A stretch of DNA of 64,000 nt, from NCBI GenBank assembly GCA_021735655.1, contig JAIPGM010000005.1, positions 45,461 through 109,460 of the forward strand, written 5' to 3'. The notes under the pieces are model-generated. The model had not been told where the DNA came from, made no database searches, and worked only from the letters and a program-made list of their open reading frames with translations. Position 1 is the stretch's first letter. Each line of letters begins with the position of its first letter. Below are positions 9,436-19,505 of the stretch, piece by piece. The DNA comes from Candidatus Omnitrophota bacterium. Lineage in GTDB: Bacteria > Omnitrophota > Gorgyraeia > Duberdicusellales > 4484-171. Made by a program: the position numbers and the translations under genes.

Positions 9436-10536
9436 CTAGCGAGACTTCGATTTAATTAATTCAAGTATCCGACCTACATCAACATACTTATCAATCAAAT
9501 CTTCAGTTTTTTTAATCTTAGGTTTATCTTCGGCCCGGATCTTAAAAATCATATTGTTAATCCTTCTAGCTGTAGAAAAAGAATCTTCCTCAACCAAGAT
9601 TAAAGGAATATTAGCCCGGTCAATCGCCTCAATTATCTTTTTGACTGGTTTTTTTCCATAAGTAGCTATGATCCCGGAGATGTGATATTTATCAGCCACA
9701 CCCAAAACCCAGCCACTTAAGGCTGAAAATATGATATCTTCACGATTTCCAGGAACAATCAAAAGAGTTCCGCCGGAAAAATAATCTAAAGCCTGATGAG
9801 CAACCACATCTCCAATGACAAAACGCTCAACCACTCTACCGAGACCATTATGACCACAGATAAGCTTACCCTTAAAATCCTCAAGCAACTCCGAAATTGT
9901 AGGATTAGAAAGCACCTCTTCAAAAGGAATCACTCCCAAAACCTCTACCCCTTTTCTGGTTAAGCCTTTGCGAATTAGACGGTTAATTTTTTTGTATTTA
10001 CTTTTTTTAACCTTATTAATGATTACCCCTAAAACTTCTACCCCTCGAAGATCGAATTCAGCCCGATTAAGCATAATTTCATCAATCGGCCGGCCAATAC
10101 CACCACAGCTCACAATAATAACTTTGAGTTTAAGTAACTTTGCCACATCAGCATTAGACATGTCAAACACCGAACCCACGCCAGCATGGCCAGTTCCTTC
10201 AACTAACAAAAAATTACACGACTTCTTTAAGCGCTCATGGGAACTTTTAACTTTATTAGCCAAAACAGAACGTTTACCGTGCAAGATATATTCCTCGGTA
10301 AAACCTGGAGGGATAGCTATCGGACTCATATCCTGCAAATTACCCTTAAAGCCAAATATCTGTTTCATAAGCACTGCGTCTTTATCTATCTTTTTACCGT
10401 CAACAATCCGATACTGCTGCCCAACCGGTTTCATATAGCCTAGGCGCTTAACCCGTTTTTTCAAAACTGAAAGAAGCCCCAATGAAACTATAGTCTTTCC
10501 GTCATTTTGCCTGGTAGCACCAATATAAATACTCAT
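9436..10536 (-). CDS. BioD-like ATPase fold plus DRTGG domain protein (Pta N-terminal-like)
   Basis: N-terminal P-loop-like region GATRQNDGKT. C-terminal DRTGG-type motif IVPGNREDI. Architecture matches the N-terminal part of phosphotransacetylases. Confidence 0.5.
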   Translation of the reverse strand: MSIYIGATRQNDGKTIVSLGLLSVLKKRVKRLGYMKPVGQQYRIVDGKKIDKDAVLMKQIFGFKGNLQDMSPIAIPPGFTEEYILHGKRSVLANKVKSSHERLKKSCNFLLVEGTGHAGVGSVFDMSNADVAKLLKLKVIIVSCGGIGRPIDEIMLNRAEFDLRGVEVLGVIINKVKKSKYKKINRLIRKGLTRKGVEVLGVIPFEEVLSNPTISELLEDFKGKLICGHNGLGRVVERFVIGDVVAHQALDYFSGGTLLIVPGNREDIIFSALSGWVLGVADKYHISGIIATYGKKPVKKIIEAIDRANIPLILVEEDSFSTARRINNMIFKIRAEDKPKIKKTEDLIDKYVDVGRILELIKSKSR

Positions 10537-10604
10537 AAATTATCACCTCTCTCTTCTAATCTGCTCCGGTAAAAAATATAAAAAATCGTCTTGCCAAAAT
10601 CATC

Positions 10605-11819
10605 CTAACTTTTTTTCTCTAAGCTCTGCCACTTAGTTTTTAAATCATCTCTATTTATCGCTTCTAAAAGATAATTAGTAAATTCACCGGCAGTTGCACC
10701 ATTATCACGACCGGTAATTTTAATTTTTTGTTCAAAGTTTCCGCAAATATCCAAAGCCATACTTACCTTCTCAGCCTGATCCTTAAAACCAATATGGTTT
10801 AAAAGCATTGAACTTGCCCGAATCATTGATGATGGATCAGCATACTTAGCCCGTCCCTCCTTAACCATTCGAGGAGCACTCCCATGGATAGCCTCAAACA
10901 TTGCCCAAAATTTACCGATATTAGCACTACCGGCAGTCCCTACTCCGCCTTGAAGTTGAGCAGCTTCATCAGTTAAAATATCACCGTAAAGATTAGGTAA
11001 TACCATAACTTGAAAGTCGCTGCGACGGGCCGGATCAAGTAGTTTAGCAGTCATAATATCAATATACCACTCATCAGAGCTTATGCCTTCGGCTTCATAC
11101 TCTTTAGCAATAGCTTTAGCTACTTTTGAAAATCTACCATCAGTAGTTTTAACTACATTTGATTTTGTAACTACAGTTACCCGTTTTAAATTATTTTTCC
11201 GGGCATATTCAAAAGCCATACGGATAATTCGCTCAGCCCCTTGTTCAGTAATAACCTTAAAATCAATACTTAGATCATCACCGACATTTACCCCGCTAGA
11301 ACCTAGAATATAGGCGCCTTCAGTATTCTCACGAAAAAAAATCCAATCAATACCTTGGGCCGGGACTTTAACCGGCCGAACATTAGCAAAAAGATCCAAC
11401 TCCCGACGCATAGCAACATTAGCACTTTCAATATTCGGCCAAGAATCTCCGGCTTGCGGCGTGGTAGTCGGACCTTTTAAAATAACATGGCATTTTTTTA
11501 TTTCCTTTAAAACGTCATCGGGAATTGCCTTCTTATGTTTTGCCCGGTTTTCAATAGTTAAACCTTCAATAGTTTTAAAAGCGACTTTTCCTTGCTCAAG
11601 CTCTTTAGCCAACATGGCCTCTAAAACCTTACGGGCATGTTTTGAAATTTCCAGGCCAATTCCATCTCCGGCACAAATACCGATAATTATCGGTTTCAAA
11701 GTTGCATAATCAATCCAATCTTTAGCCTGTTTCATTTCCTTAATCCGCAAAAGTTGTTCTCTAATCAATTGGTCAAATTTATTCTTTGCTTCCTCTATTA
11801 ATTTAGACTCTTTAAACAT
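10605..11819 (-). CDS. Isocitrate/isopropylmalate dehydrogenase family enzyme, most like NADP-isocitrate dehydrogenase
   Basis: Family signature NLYGDILTDEAAQLQGGVGTAGSANIG. N-terminal GDGIG motif. 404 aa. Confidence 0.75.
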   Translation of the reverse strand: MFKESKLIEEAKNKFDQLIREQLLRIKEMKQAKDWIDYATLKPIIIGICAGDGIGLEISKHARKVLEAMLAKELEQGKVAFKTIEGLTIENRAKHKKAIPDDVLKEIKKCHVILKGPTTTPQAGDSWPNIESANVAMRRELDLFANVRPVKVPAQGIDWIFFRENTEGAYILGSSGVNVGDDLSIDFKVITEQGAERIIRMAFEYARKNNLKRVTVVTKSNVVKTTDGRFSKVAKAIAKEYEAEGISSDEWYIDIMTAKLLDPARRSDFQVMVLPNLYGDILTDEAAQLQGGVGTAGSANIGKFWAMFEAIHGSAPRMVKEGRAKYADPSSMIRASSMLLNHIGFKDQAEKVSMALDICGNFEQKIKITGRDNGATAGEFTNYLLEAINRDDLKTKWQSLEKKS

Positions 11820-11877
11820 CGCTTGCTCCTCGTTTATTACACTTTATCAAAAAAATTGAAAACCGGCTGAAATTTAT

Positions 11878-13818
11878 TCATTCAAAAAATAAGTTGTGCC
11901 AAATAGCAAAATTAAGCAAAGCCCAAATTTTAAAAGTATTATTTCCGGCTCCGGAAAAATGTCGCTTTAGCAAACTTTGAACATATTCCACGTTAAAGTA
12001 ACCCATTTTTTTCAGATTCGCCTCAGAAAGATAATCAGTAACCATAGGCTTAGCTTCCTTTTTCATCCATGGACCCACTGGCACACTGAGCCCTTTTTTA
12101 GCATTAAATATAATTTTAGCAGGAAGTTTACCTTTCATAGCTTTTTTTAGGCAATATTTCGATTCCAACCTCCTGACTTTTAAATTAAACGGCATCGCCA
12201 TTATAAAATCTATCAAAGAATTATCTAGAAACGGTGATCTTATTTTTAATCCGGTAGCTCTACTTGCACAATCAAACATCGGCTGCAGAAAGTTTGGAGA
12301 AAGTATGTTAAAATCAGCAGCTATAATCTTATTGAAATCACTTATACCTTTTATACCGCTTAATTGTTTTTTATAGGCATCAAAAGAATCATGCGAAGCA
12401 ACCCCTCGTAAATCATTGCTATAAAGCTTCTGCTTTTCCTGCTCGCTGAAACTCAAACGCCAAAAATAATGGGCTCGGGCAACATCATTATAACGAGTTC
12501 CAGTCATAAGGTGCCGGATTTTAAAACTTAGGCTAACCGGCCAATTAGAAATCGAAAATTTATCGGCAATCGTTGCGATACCTCTTTTTAATCCTTTGGG
12601 AACTAACCGACTGTAATGAAAATTTGCTATATCTGCCAAGTAAGTATTAAACCCGCCTAGCGTTTCATCCGAGCCAGATCCGCTAAAAGCCACTTCTAAA
12701 TCGGTATTATTTTTGATATAGTCAGAAACCAAATAAGTTCCCAGTATGGCCGGATTAGCGGCTAGACTGTCCCGATGCCAAATAATCTTTGGCAGCAATT
12801 TACATGCTTCTGGTCCAACATCTACCCTAGTAGCATCAATGTTTAAACTATCCGAAGCATCTAAAACAGTCTTAGCAGTGTTATACTTTTTAACCCTGAA
12901 TGCTGCATAAAAAGCTCTTGGCTTAACTTTTCCAAAGCTATCAGTCAAATATGCTAAGCTGCTAGAATCTACCCCTCCACTGAAAAGAAGGCCGATGGAT
13001 TTTTCCTGATCCAACTGACGTACCGCTGATTCTTTCAACTTTTCATAGAACGAATCAAAATAATAAGAGTCAGATTTTGCCTCTTGTTTAACTTCTGAAG
13101 GCTTCCAATACTCTCTTAAGCTAACTTTTTTTCCCGAACACAACAATAAATGCCCCGGAGGAAGTGTATTTACGTCTTTGACTAATGTCTTAGGATCAGG
13201 AACATAGTTGTAAGAAAAAAAATCATGTAATCCGGAATAATCTAAATGCTTATTGAAATTAGGATCGGCTAATATGGCCTTAATCTCTGAGCCAAAACTA
13301 ATTCCTCCAGATTGAATAGTATAAAATAAAGGTTTATTGCCGAACCTGTCCCTGGCCAGCAATAATGCTTTTGCTCTTTTATCCCAGATTGCCAAAGCAA
13401 ATATTCCATTTAAATACTTTATGCAATCAGCTCCGTATTCTTCGTAAAGATGGATTATAACTTCTGCCCGGTGAGCTGTTTTTAAGATATGGCCTTTCTG
13501 TTCTAGATCCTGCCTTAATTCATTAAAGTTATAGAGCTCCCCTTCATAGACTAGTAGGAGATCTTTTTCTTTAGAAGTTAACCCTTTAGCTTTTTCTAAA
13601 TCAGCTGTATTTTGAATCCCAGTGCATACGCAACCAGAACATCTAGTTTCTTTTTTGCTGCCACAACAATTCGTTATGAGGCCTAATCCGATATTATCAT
13701 CAATAAATACATCTCGCTTGCTGGGACGATGTTTTAAAGTATCGGCCATCTTGATGATCACACTTTGACTCACCTGCCGATCAGAATTAAACTCAAATTT
13801 TCCGCATATTCCACACAT
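11878..13818 (-). CDS. asnB: Asparagine synthase (glutamine-hydrolysing), with an atypical Cys-rich segment in the glutaminase domain
   Basis: N-terminal MCGICG (Ntn Cys2). PP-loop SGGVDSS. 646 aa. Unusual segment NCCGSKKETRCSGCVC. Confidence 0.85.
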   Translation of the reverse strand: MCGICGKFEFNSDRQVSQSVIIKMADTLKHRPSKRDVFIDDNIGLGLITNCCGSKKETRCSGCVCTGIQNTADLEKAKGLTSKEKDLLLVYEGELYNFNELRQDLEQKGHILKTAHRAEVIIHLYEEYGADCIKYLNGIFALAIWDKRAKALLLARDRFGNKPLFYTIQSGGISFGSEIKAILADPNFNKHLDYSGLHDFFSYNYVPDPKTLVKDVNTLPPGHLLLCSGKKVSLREYWKPSEVKQEAKSDSYYFDSFYEKLKESAVRQLDQEKSIGLLFSGGVDSSSLAYLTDSFGKVKPRAFYAAFRVKKYNTAKTVLDASDSLNIDATRVDVGPEACKLLPKIIWHRDSLAANPAILGTYLVSDYIKNNTDLEVAFSGSGSDETLGGFNTYLADIANFHYSRLVPKGLKRGIATIADKFSISNWPVSLSFKIRHLMTGTRYNDVARAHYFWRLSFSEQEKQKLYSNDLRGVASHDSFDAYKKQLSGIKGISDFNKIIAADFNILSPNFLQPMFDCASRATGLKIRSPFLDNSLIDFIMAMPFNLKVRRLESKYCLKKAMKGKLPAKIIFNAKKGLSVPVGPWMKKEAKPMVTDYLSEANLKKMGYFNVEYVQSLLKRHFSGAGNNTFKIWALLNFAIWHNLFFE

Positions 13819-13878
13819 TATCTCTACCTGTTTATCTGCAAGTATCGATCACGACTGTTGTTTTGATTAAGCTACGGT

Positions 13879-15471
13879 TTACTTGAAACGTTTTTTCTTC
13901 TTTGTGTTTTTAGCTCTTTCGACTAGCGGTTTTTTACCTGATTTTGTTTTTTTAAAAGCATCGAGGATTTTTTCGGCTTCCTTAAAGGATACCGTAATAA
14001 ATGAAAACTTATCAAAAACACTGACATCATTTATTTTTCTCTGGTCGATTCGCGAAACCTGCTGAATCAGTTCAACTATTTTGCGGGCAGTCATTTTATC
14101 AATCTTACCCTTAGCTACAAAAAGTCGAGTTGTTCCCTTTTTGTCAACATAGGGTTCTCGAATCATCGAATATTTAGCTTCATCCAGCTCTTCGCCAAAG
14201 GAATACTCAATTAAAGCTGAGATTACACTTTCCGGATCATTTTCAGCTAAGATATCTTTAGCAAAAGATTTATGCTTTTGTGCATTCTCGGTATCAATTA
14301 AATCATCAAGACTTTTTTTAATCCGTACCTTCTTTGAGCTAATAACTTCTTCAACCCCAGGAATCTCTTTCCGACGAATATCAGTCTTAGTAAGTCTTTT
14401 GATAAATGTTAACTTTCGGTATTCATCAGAGGTAACAAATGTGATCGCCGTACCAGTTCTGCCAGCTCTACCGGTTCTACCGATTCGATGCACATAGCTA
14501 TGTGGGTCTTGAGGAAGTGCAAAATTTATAACGTGAGTTAAATCATTCACATCGATTCCTCTGGCGGCAACATCGGTAGCGACCAAAATAGTAGAACGCT
14601 TTTGCTTGAACTTATCAAGAATTCGTTCACGTTGGTTTTGAGAAATATCTCCATGAAGGCCATCTGAATCGTAACCACGGAAGCTAAGTTTTCGTGCTAA
14701 TTCATCAACATCAATTTTAGTTCTACAAAAGATTAAACCATAAAATTCATTTTCGCTATCAATAATTCTACATAATGCCTCAAATTTGTCGGCTCGATTC
14801 ACTTCGAAATATATCTGATCAGTTAAACTTACCGTTAATTGATCTTGAGAAGCTCTAACCAGTTTATAACTTTTCATGTATTTCTTAGCAAGTTCGAGTA
14901 TCGGCCTTGGCATGGTGGCCGAAAAAAGTAAAACCCGTTTTTCTTTACTCGCATAAGAAAGTATCTCCTCAACATCATCAATGAAACCCATATTAAGCAT
15001 TTCATCAGCTTCATCGAGAATAAAATAGTTCACCTCGGAGAGATCTAAGGTTTTTCTTAATAAATGGTCTTTTACCCTTCCCGGGGTGCCAACTACAATG
15101 TCTACACCTTTGCGCAATCTGCGTAATTGCTGGTCTATAGACTGACCGCCGTAAATTGCGGCAATATCTAGACTCTTATTGCCTCTTAAAGAATTTATTT
15201 CTTCAGCAACTTGCACTGCTAGCTCTCTAGTCGGGGTTAAGATGATAGCTTGGGGGGATCTTGTTCTATTGGTAATTTTTTCAATTAAAGGCAGGCCAAA
15301 AGCAGCAGTTTTACCGGTTCCGGTTTGGGCTTGGCCAACAATATCGCAGCTATCCTTTAAAAACAAAGGAATAATTTCCTTTTGTATTTGGGTTGGTTCT
15401 TCAAAGCCTTTTCTTTTTAAGGCTGCTAAAGTGCTATCGGCTAAACCTAATTCTTTAAATTTCTCTAACAT
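13879..15471 (-). CDS. DEAD-box ATP-dependent RNA helicase (DeaD/CsdA-like with C-terminal extension)
   Basis: Q-motif, Walker A AQTGTGKT, DEAD box (ILDEADEM), SAT, HRIGRTGRAG. Basic C-terminal tail. Confidence 0.9.
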   Translation of the reverse strand: MLEKFKELGLADSTLAALKRKGFEEPTQIQKEIIPLFLKDSCDIVGQAQTGTGKTAAFGLPLIEKITNRTRSPQAIILTPTRELAVQVAEEINSLRGNKSLDIAAIYGGQSIDQQLRRLRKGVDIVVGTPGRVKDHLLRKTLDLSEVNYFILDEADEMLNMGFIDDVEEILSYASKEKRVLLFSATMPRPILELAKKYMKSYKLVRASQDQLTVSLTDQIYFEVNRADKFEALCRIIDSENEFYGLIFCRTKIDVDELARKLSFRGYDSDGLHGDISQNQRERILDKFKQKRSTILVATDVAARGIDVNDLTHVINFALPQDPHSYVHRIGRTGRAGRTGTAITFVTSDEYRKLTFIKRLTKTDIRRKEIPGVEEVISSKKVRIKKSLDDLIDTENAQKHKSFAKDILAENDPESVISALIEYSFGEELDEAKYSMIREPYVDKKGTTRLFVAKGKIDKMTARKIVELIQQVSRIDQRKINDVSVFDKFSFITVSFKEAEKILDAFKKTKSGKKPLVERAKNTKKKKRFK

Positions 15472-15749
15472 GGCGGTTATTATAGCAGATTATCCAATAT
15501 TATAAAGGGTTTGTTTTAGGCGACGATATTGACTTGGGGAACGTAAATTGCTCCTACAAGCCCAATTCAAACTAGATTCCAATCAACCTTTTTATAAACA
15601 TACTCAAAAACTACCCTGCGACAGGCTAATAGGAAAAAACAGAATTAAAAAAATAGCTTTTATTTTACAATTCTTGTCAACTTTTTTAACCTACCCTACG
15701 TCTTATATATGTAAAGATTGAAATATCAAGCCTAAAAAAGGAGGTAGCC

Positions 15750-16139
15750 ATGAAAAACCTAGTTGTTCTGATTCTCATTACTATGATGTCCCTAACCGGT
15801 ACGGTTAAAGTTTTTGCTAGCGACTGGGATGTTGCTGGTAAAGTACTAACCGGTATTGCCGGATTAAGAGTTATTACCGGCGGCAAAGTAGATTTAATTG
15901 GTGGTATAACTGGTATAAACAAAAACCGCTATGTTTCCAGTAAAAAATATCGTAATCAAAGTAAAAACCATGAATACTGTCAACAAGAATGGGTTCCCTA
16001 CTACAGTTGGGAACGAGAATGGATTCCGACCCATAGTGAATACAGCAAGAAAAAAGGTGAGATTATTGTCGAAGGCCACTACATTAAATATAAAGTCACC
16101 AACAATGGTCATTGGCAAACAAATCACAGATGCAGATAG
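15750..16139 (+). CDS. Small secreted hypothetical protein
   Basis: AAAGGAGG RBS 6 nt upstream. Signal peptide MKNLVVLILITMMSLTGTVKVFA. Basic, Trp/Tyr-rich mature part. Confidence 0.5.
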   Translation: MKNLVVLILITMMSLTGTVKVFASDWDVAGKVLTGIAGLRVITGGKVDLIGGITGINKNRYVSSKKYRNQSKNHEYCQQEWVPYYSWEREWIPTHSEYSKKKGEIIVEGHYIKYKVTNNGHWQTNHRCR

Positions 16140-16188
16140 ATCCCTTTTCAACTAAACCAATAAGTCTGATTTAACATCTAGGTAAGAC

Positions 16189-17424
16189 TCATAAGCTATT
16201 ACCACAAACCCAGCCGGTAGAAAATGCTGCTTGCATATTATATCCACCGGTTCCAGCGTCAATATCAATCATCTCGCCGGCAAAATAAAGTCCGGAGATG
16301 AGTTTTGACTCCATTGTCTTAGGATTAATTTCTTTTGTGTTAACGCCGCCCCTGGTAACAACGCCATCTTTAAGTGGCATCACTCCGGTTACAGTTAACC
16401 GTAAATCAGATAACCCCTTGACCATCCTCTTTCTCTCCTCAGCTGTAATTTGACTTGCTGTTTTGCCTGCATCAAGGCAACAATATTGGAAAAATCCATC
16501 TATTACCTTATTTGGCAAAAGGTTTTTGAATATATTTTTTATAGTCTTTTTGGGGCTAGTGCTGAACTCACTCAAAAACATTGCATCTAACTTTTTATTA
16601 TCCAGGGTCGGTTTAAAATTAATTCCTAGAGTTACTTTATCTGCGGACCTTAAAGCATCATAGATATCGGCGCTAAGATCAAGAACAATTGGACCGGATA
16701 TCCCAAAATGAGTAAAAAGCATCTCACCAAAACGATGGCTCATCTCTTTTTTGCCCGAAAAAAGGGTCAAGCGTACATTTTTAAATGCTATCCCCTGCCA
16801 AGCTCTGATAAATTTTTCTTTAATCCTCACCGGGACTAAGGCCGGCTTTAAAACTATGATTTCATGACCAAGCTCCTCTGCCATTCTATATCCATCGCCA
16901 CTTGAGCCGGTCAAAGGATAGGAAAGACCCCCGGTTGCAATCACCACTTTCCTGGCACTAAAAGAGTTATTAGAATTAGTTAAAACTCCCCTAACTGATC
17001 CATCTCTAAGCAAAACTTTTTTTACCCGCTGATTAAAAATAATTTTAATATTTCTATTTTTTAACCTTGTTTTTAAAGCGCCTAGAACATCTCCGGCTTG
17101 ATCAGTTTTGGGAAATATTCTTCCGTCATTCTCCACCTTAAGTTTAAGATTGGAATTTTCAAAAAATGATACTAGTTCAGTGTTAAAGAATTTTGCAAAA
17201 GCATTTCTTAAAAAGTTACCGGAAGCAGAAAACTTATCTAAAAATTCTCTAATCTCACAGGAATTAGTCAGATTGCACCTACTATTTCCTGAAATAAGCA
17301 GTTTCTTGCCTGGAGAACTATTTCGTTCAATCAATAAAACTTTTCTTTTTCTTTGGGCCGCGCCGATTGCTGCCATCATCCCCGAAGGACCGGCCCCGAC
17401 TATAATTACATCAAATTCTTCCAT
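16189..17424 (-). CDS. HI0933/BaiN-family FAD-dependent oxidoreductase (aminoacetone oxidase-like flavoprotein)
   Basis: N-terminal dinucleotide fold DVIIVGAGPSGMMAAIGAA. 411 aa. C-terminal GEMIDIDAGTGGYN typical of the family. Confidence 0.8.
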   Translation of the reverse strand: MEEFDVIIVGAGPSGMMAAIGAAQRKRKVLLIERNSSPGKKLLISGNSRCNLTNSCEIREFLDKFSASGNFLRNAFAKFFNTELVSFFENSNLKLKVENDGRIFPKTDQAGDVLGALKTRLKNRNIKIIFNQRVKKVLLRDGSVRGVLTNSNNSFSARKVVIATGGLSYPLTGSSGDGYRMAEELGHEIIVLKPALVPVRIKEKFIRAWQGIAFKNVRLTLFSGKKEMSHRFGEMLFTHFGISGPIVLDLSADIYDALRSADKVTLGINFKPTLDNKKLDAMFLSEFSTSPKKTIKNIFKNLLPNKVIDGFFQYCCLDAGKTASQITAEERKRMVKGLSDLRLTVTGVMPLKDGVVTRGGVNTKEINPKTMESKLISGLYFAGEMIDIDAGTGGYNMQAAFSTGWVCGNSL

Positions 17425-17557
17425 AAAAAATACTCCGAGGCATTATACTTTCTTAAACACCTCTAGTCAAAAGCAAAACGGTCTGACCCATAAGCCCAGC
17501 GCTCGACTGAAGCACTTCATAAAACCACTTATTACTATTTTAAAAAAAATCGTAAAT

Positions 17558-19474
17558 TTAGGTAAGCATTGCCAGCAGTTGGGAGAGCTTTATCGTAGCT
17601 ACACCGATCACCGAATCAGCTCCTCCATAATAATTATAAATAGTGTTGCCACGACAAATATGGCCGCAAGGAAAAACAACATTGGGAATTTGACCTTCTT
17701 TTTCGTATTTTTTTTCCGGGTTAAATATTGCTTCGCTGGTACGCGAAAGAACAACCAGAGGGTTTTTAAGATCAAGTAAAGCCGCCCCTAAACTATAATG
17801 ACAATCTTCAGAAACTCCGTGATAAAATAAAATCCATCCAGCCTTGGTTTTTATCGGTGGCCCGGCTAAGCCAATTTTTTTACTGTCCCACATTCCATAA
17901 CGCGGACCCATGAGCCAAAGACCTTTAGCAACCTCCTGTGGTGCTTTTTCCAAAGAATTCACAAAATCCACACAGATCTGACTATTGATCCGATGAACTA
18001 TCAAGTATTGACCATTAATCTTTTCAGGAAAAATGCAGGCATCTTTATCATCAATCCCCAAAGGAGTAATCAAAACTGGTTTCGTCCAATTCCATTTATG
18101 GTTGAGAAAATCTTTCACGCTGATCGAAGAAAGCCCTACCCGCGGTGGCTCAACTCCGTTATAGGCGGTATAGCACATATATAAAGTATTACCTATTCTA
18201 ACAATTCGCGGATCTTCACAGCCAGAGTTACCATTAGGAACTTTCTTTATCTCACAATCTAAACGCGGCAGGTAAATCGGTTCAGACAACCTCTGAGTAA
18301 TTGTTAAACCATCCGAACTCATCGCATAACCCAAGGTTGAAGTATTATCTTCAGACATTGCCCGGTAAACAATATGAATTTTACCATCAAGCTCAATTGC
18401 TGCCGGGTTAAAAGTTGCCTTGCTTTCCCAAGGATGTCCGCTAATCGGAGCAATTATCGGATTCTTCTTATGCCGAACAACGTAGCCAGATTTTGACTTC
18501 GGATGAATACTATTAATTAAATCTTTCAGCCTGACCTTAGCCAAGCAAGAAGTAGTATCGGCGGCGCCGTAAAAAATCCAAAGATCTCCATCGCGAATTA
18601 AAGCTCCCGAAGGAAAAATAACATTGTTAATCTGCCCATACTTCTCGTAACTTTCTTCCGGAACCAACATCGGATGCCGAGTGCGCCCGATGATCTTTCT
18701 AGGATTTTTTGAATCAAGCAGCAAAGCTTCAATACCAAAGATCTTATTGGTATCACGATAGTTCTGAATATGCGAATAAATCAACAGCCAACCTTCCTTA
18801 ATCTTTAAAGGTGCAGCTCCAATTTCAATATGATCCGTAGCCACTCGACGCACATGAACAATATGTTTATTGAGATTTTTATACCAATCAGCCCAATACA
18901 ACGAATTCCAAATATCAGCCTCCCGGTCAAACTGGGCTAAAGCAATTCGAGCCGTACGGTTTAGGTTATCAGTATTTACCGTAAGCAGAACTGTCATCTT
19001 ACCATTAATTTTTGAAGAAAAAAGAGCCATAGCTTTGGCATTAAACGGTGTAACCAAGTGCTTTTCTTCAATCTTCTTAAAATCCCTGGTTATCGCGCAA
19101 GCTACTCTGATACCGTCAAAACGAAATGGGTAGACTGACAACGCAGTGTAAAAAATATAATATTTACCATTCAGTTGTGTAACTCTTGGGTCTTCACAGC
19201 CATACCTCTCCCAATCCAACTCAGGCCTTATCAGCTGGGACCGATCGCTATAGTGAATACCGTCTTTACTGACAGCGTGTCCAATCGAGGAAATACGTAA
19301 ACCATTATTCGGTATTAAGTCCGGCTCAGACATTGCCCGGTAAACACAATGAATTGTTTCTTTATCGGTTTTACTAACCACCGGAGACCAGTTGAAAGCA
19401 GCAAAAGTCTCCCAGAAATGCTGTTGGGTAGGAACTAAGACTGGGTTATGTGTTGAACGTCTAACAACGAACAT
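17558..19474 (-). CDS. Tandem double GH130-family glycoside phosphorylase-like protein (mannoside phosphorylase family)
   Basis: Two repeats of the GH130 hallmarks: VYRAMS.. GCEDPRV..YYIFYTA, then FNPAAIELDGKIHIVYRAMS.. GCEDPRI..YTAYNG, each ending in an ALLDLK-type motif. 638 aa against about 330 aa for a single domain. Confidence 0.7.
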   Translation of the reverse strand: MFVVRRSTHNPVLVPTQQHFWETFAAFNWSPVVSKTDKETIHCVYRAMSEPDLIPNNGLRISSIGHAVSKDGIHYSDRSQLIRPELDWERYGCEDPRVTQLNGKYYIFYTALSVYPFRFDGIRVACAITRDFKKIEEKHLVTPFNAKAMALFSSKINGKMTVLLTVNTDNLNRTARIALAQFDREADIWNSLYWADWYKNLNKHIVHVRRVATDHIEIGAAPLKIKEGWLLIYSHIQNYRDTNKIFGIEALLLDSKNPRKIIGRTRHPMLVPEESYEKYGQINNVIFPSGALIRDGDLWIFYGAADTTSCLAKVRLKDLINSIHPKSKSGYVVRHKKNPIIAPISGHPWESKATFNPAAIELDGKIHIVYRAMSEDNTSTLGYAMSSDGLTITQRLSEPIYLPRLDCEIKKVPNGNSGCEDPRIVRIGNTLYMCYTAYNGVEPPRVGLSSISVKDFLNHKWNWTKPVLITPLGIDDKDACIFPEKINGQYLIVHRINSQICVDFVNSLEKAPQEVAKGLWLMGPRYGMWDSKKIGLAGPPIKTKAGWILFYHGVSEDCHYSLGAALLDLKNPLVVLSRTSEAIFNPEKKYEKEGQIPNVVFPCGHICRGNTIYNYYGGADSVIGVATIKLSQLLAMLT

Positions 19475-19505
19475 ATTTAATTTTTATCCTCTTTTGACCT
19501 CACTG

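Noticed and set aside
9968-10443. Plus-strand ORFs of 156 and 68 aa antisense to the DRTGG gene
   Set aside because: These are shadow ORFs inside a longer motif-supported gene.
17108-17779. 223-aa plus-strand ORF spanning the 3' end of the flavoprotein gene and the 5' end of the GH130 gene
   Set aside because: It is antisense to two supported genes. It has no motifs and no start context.
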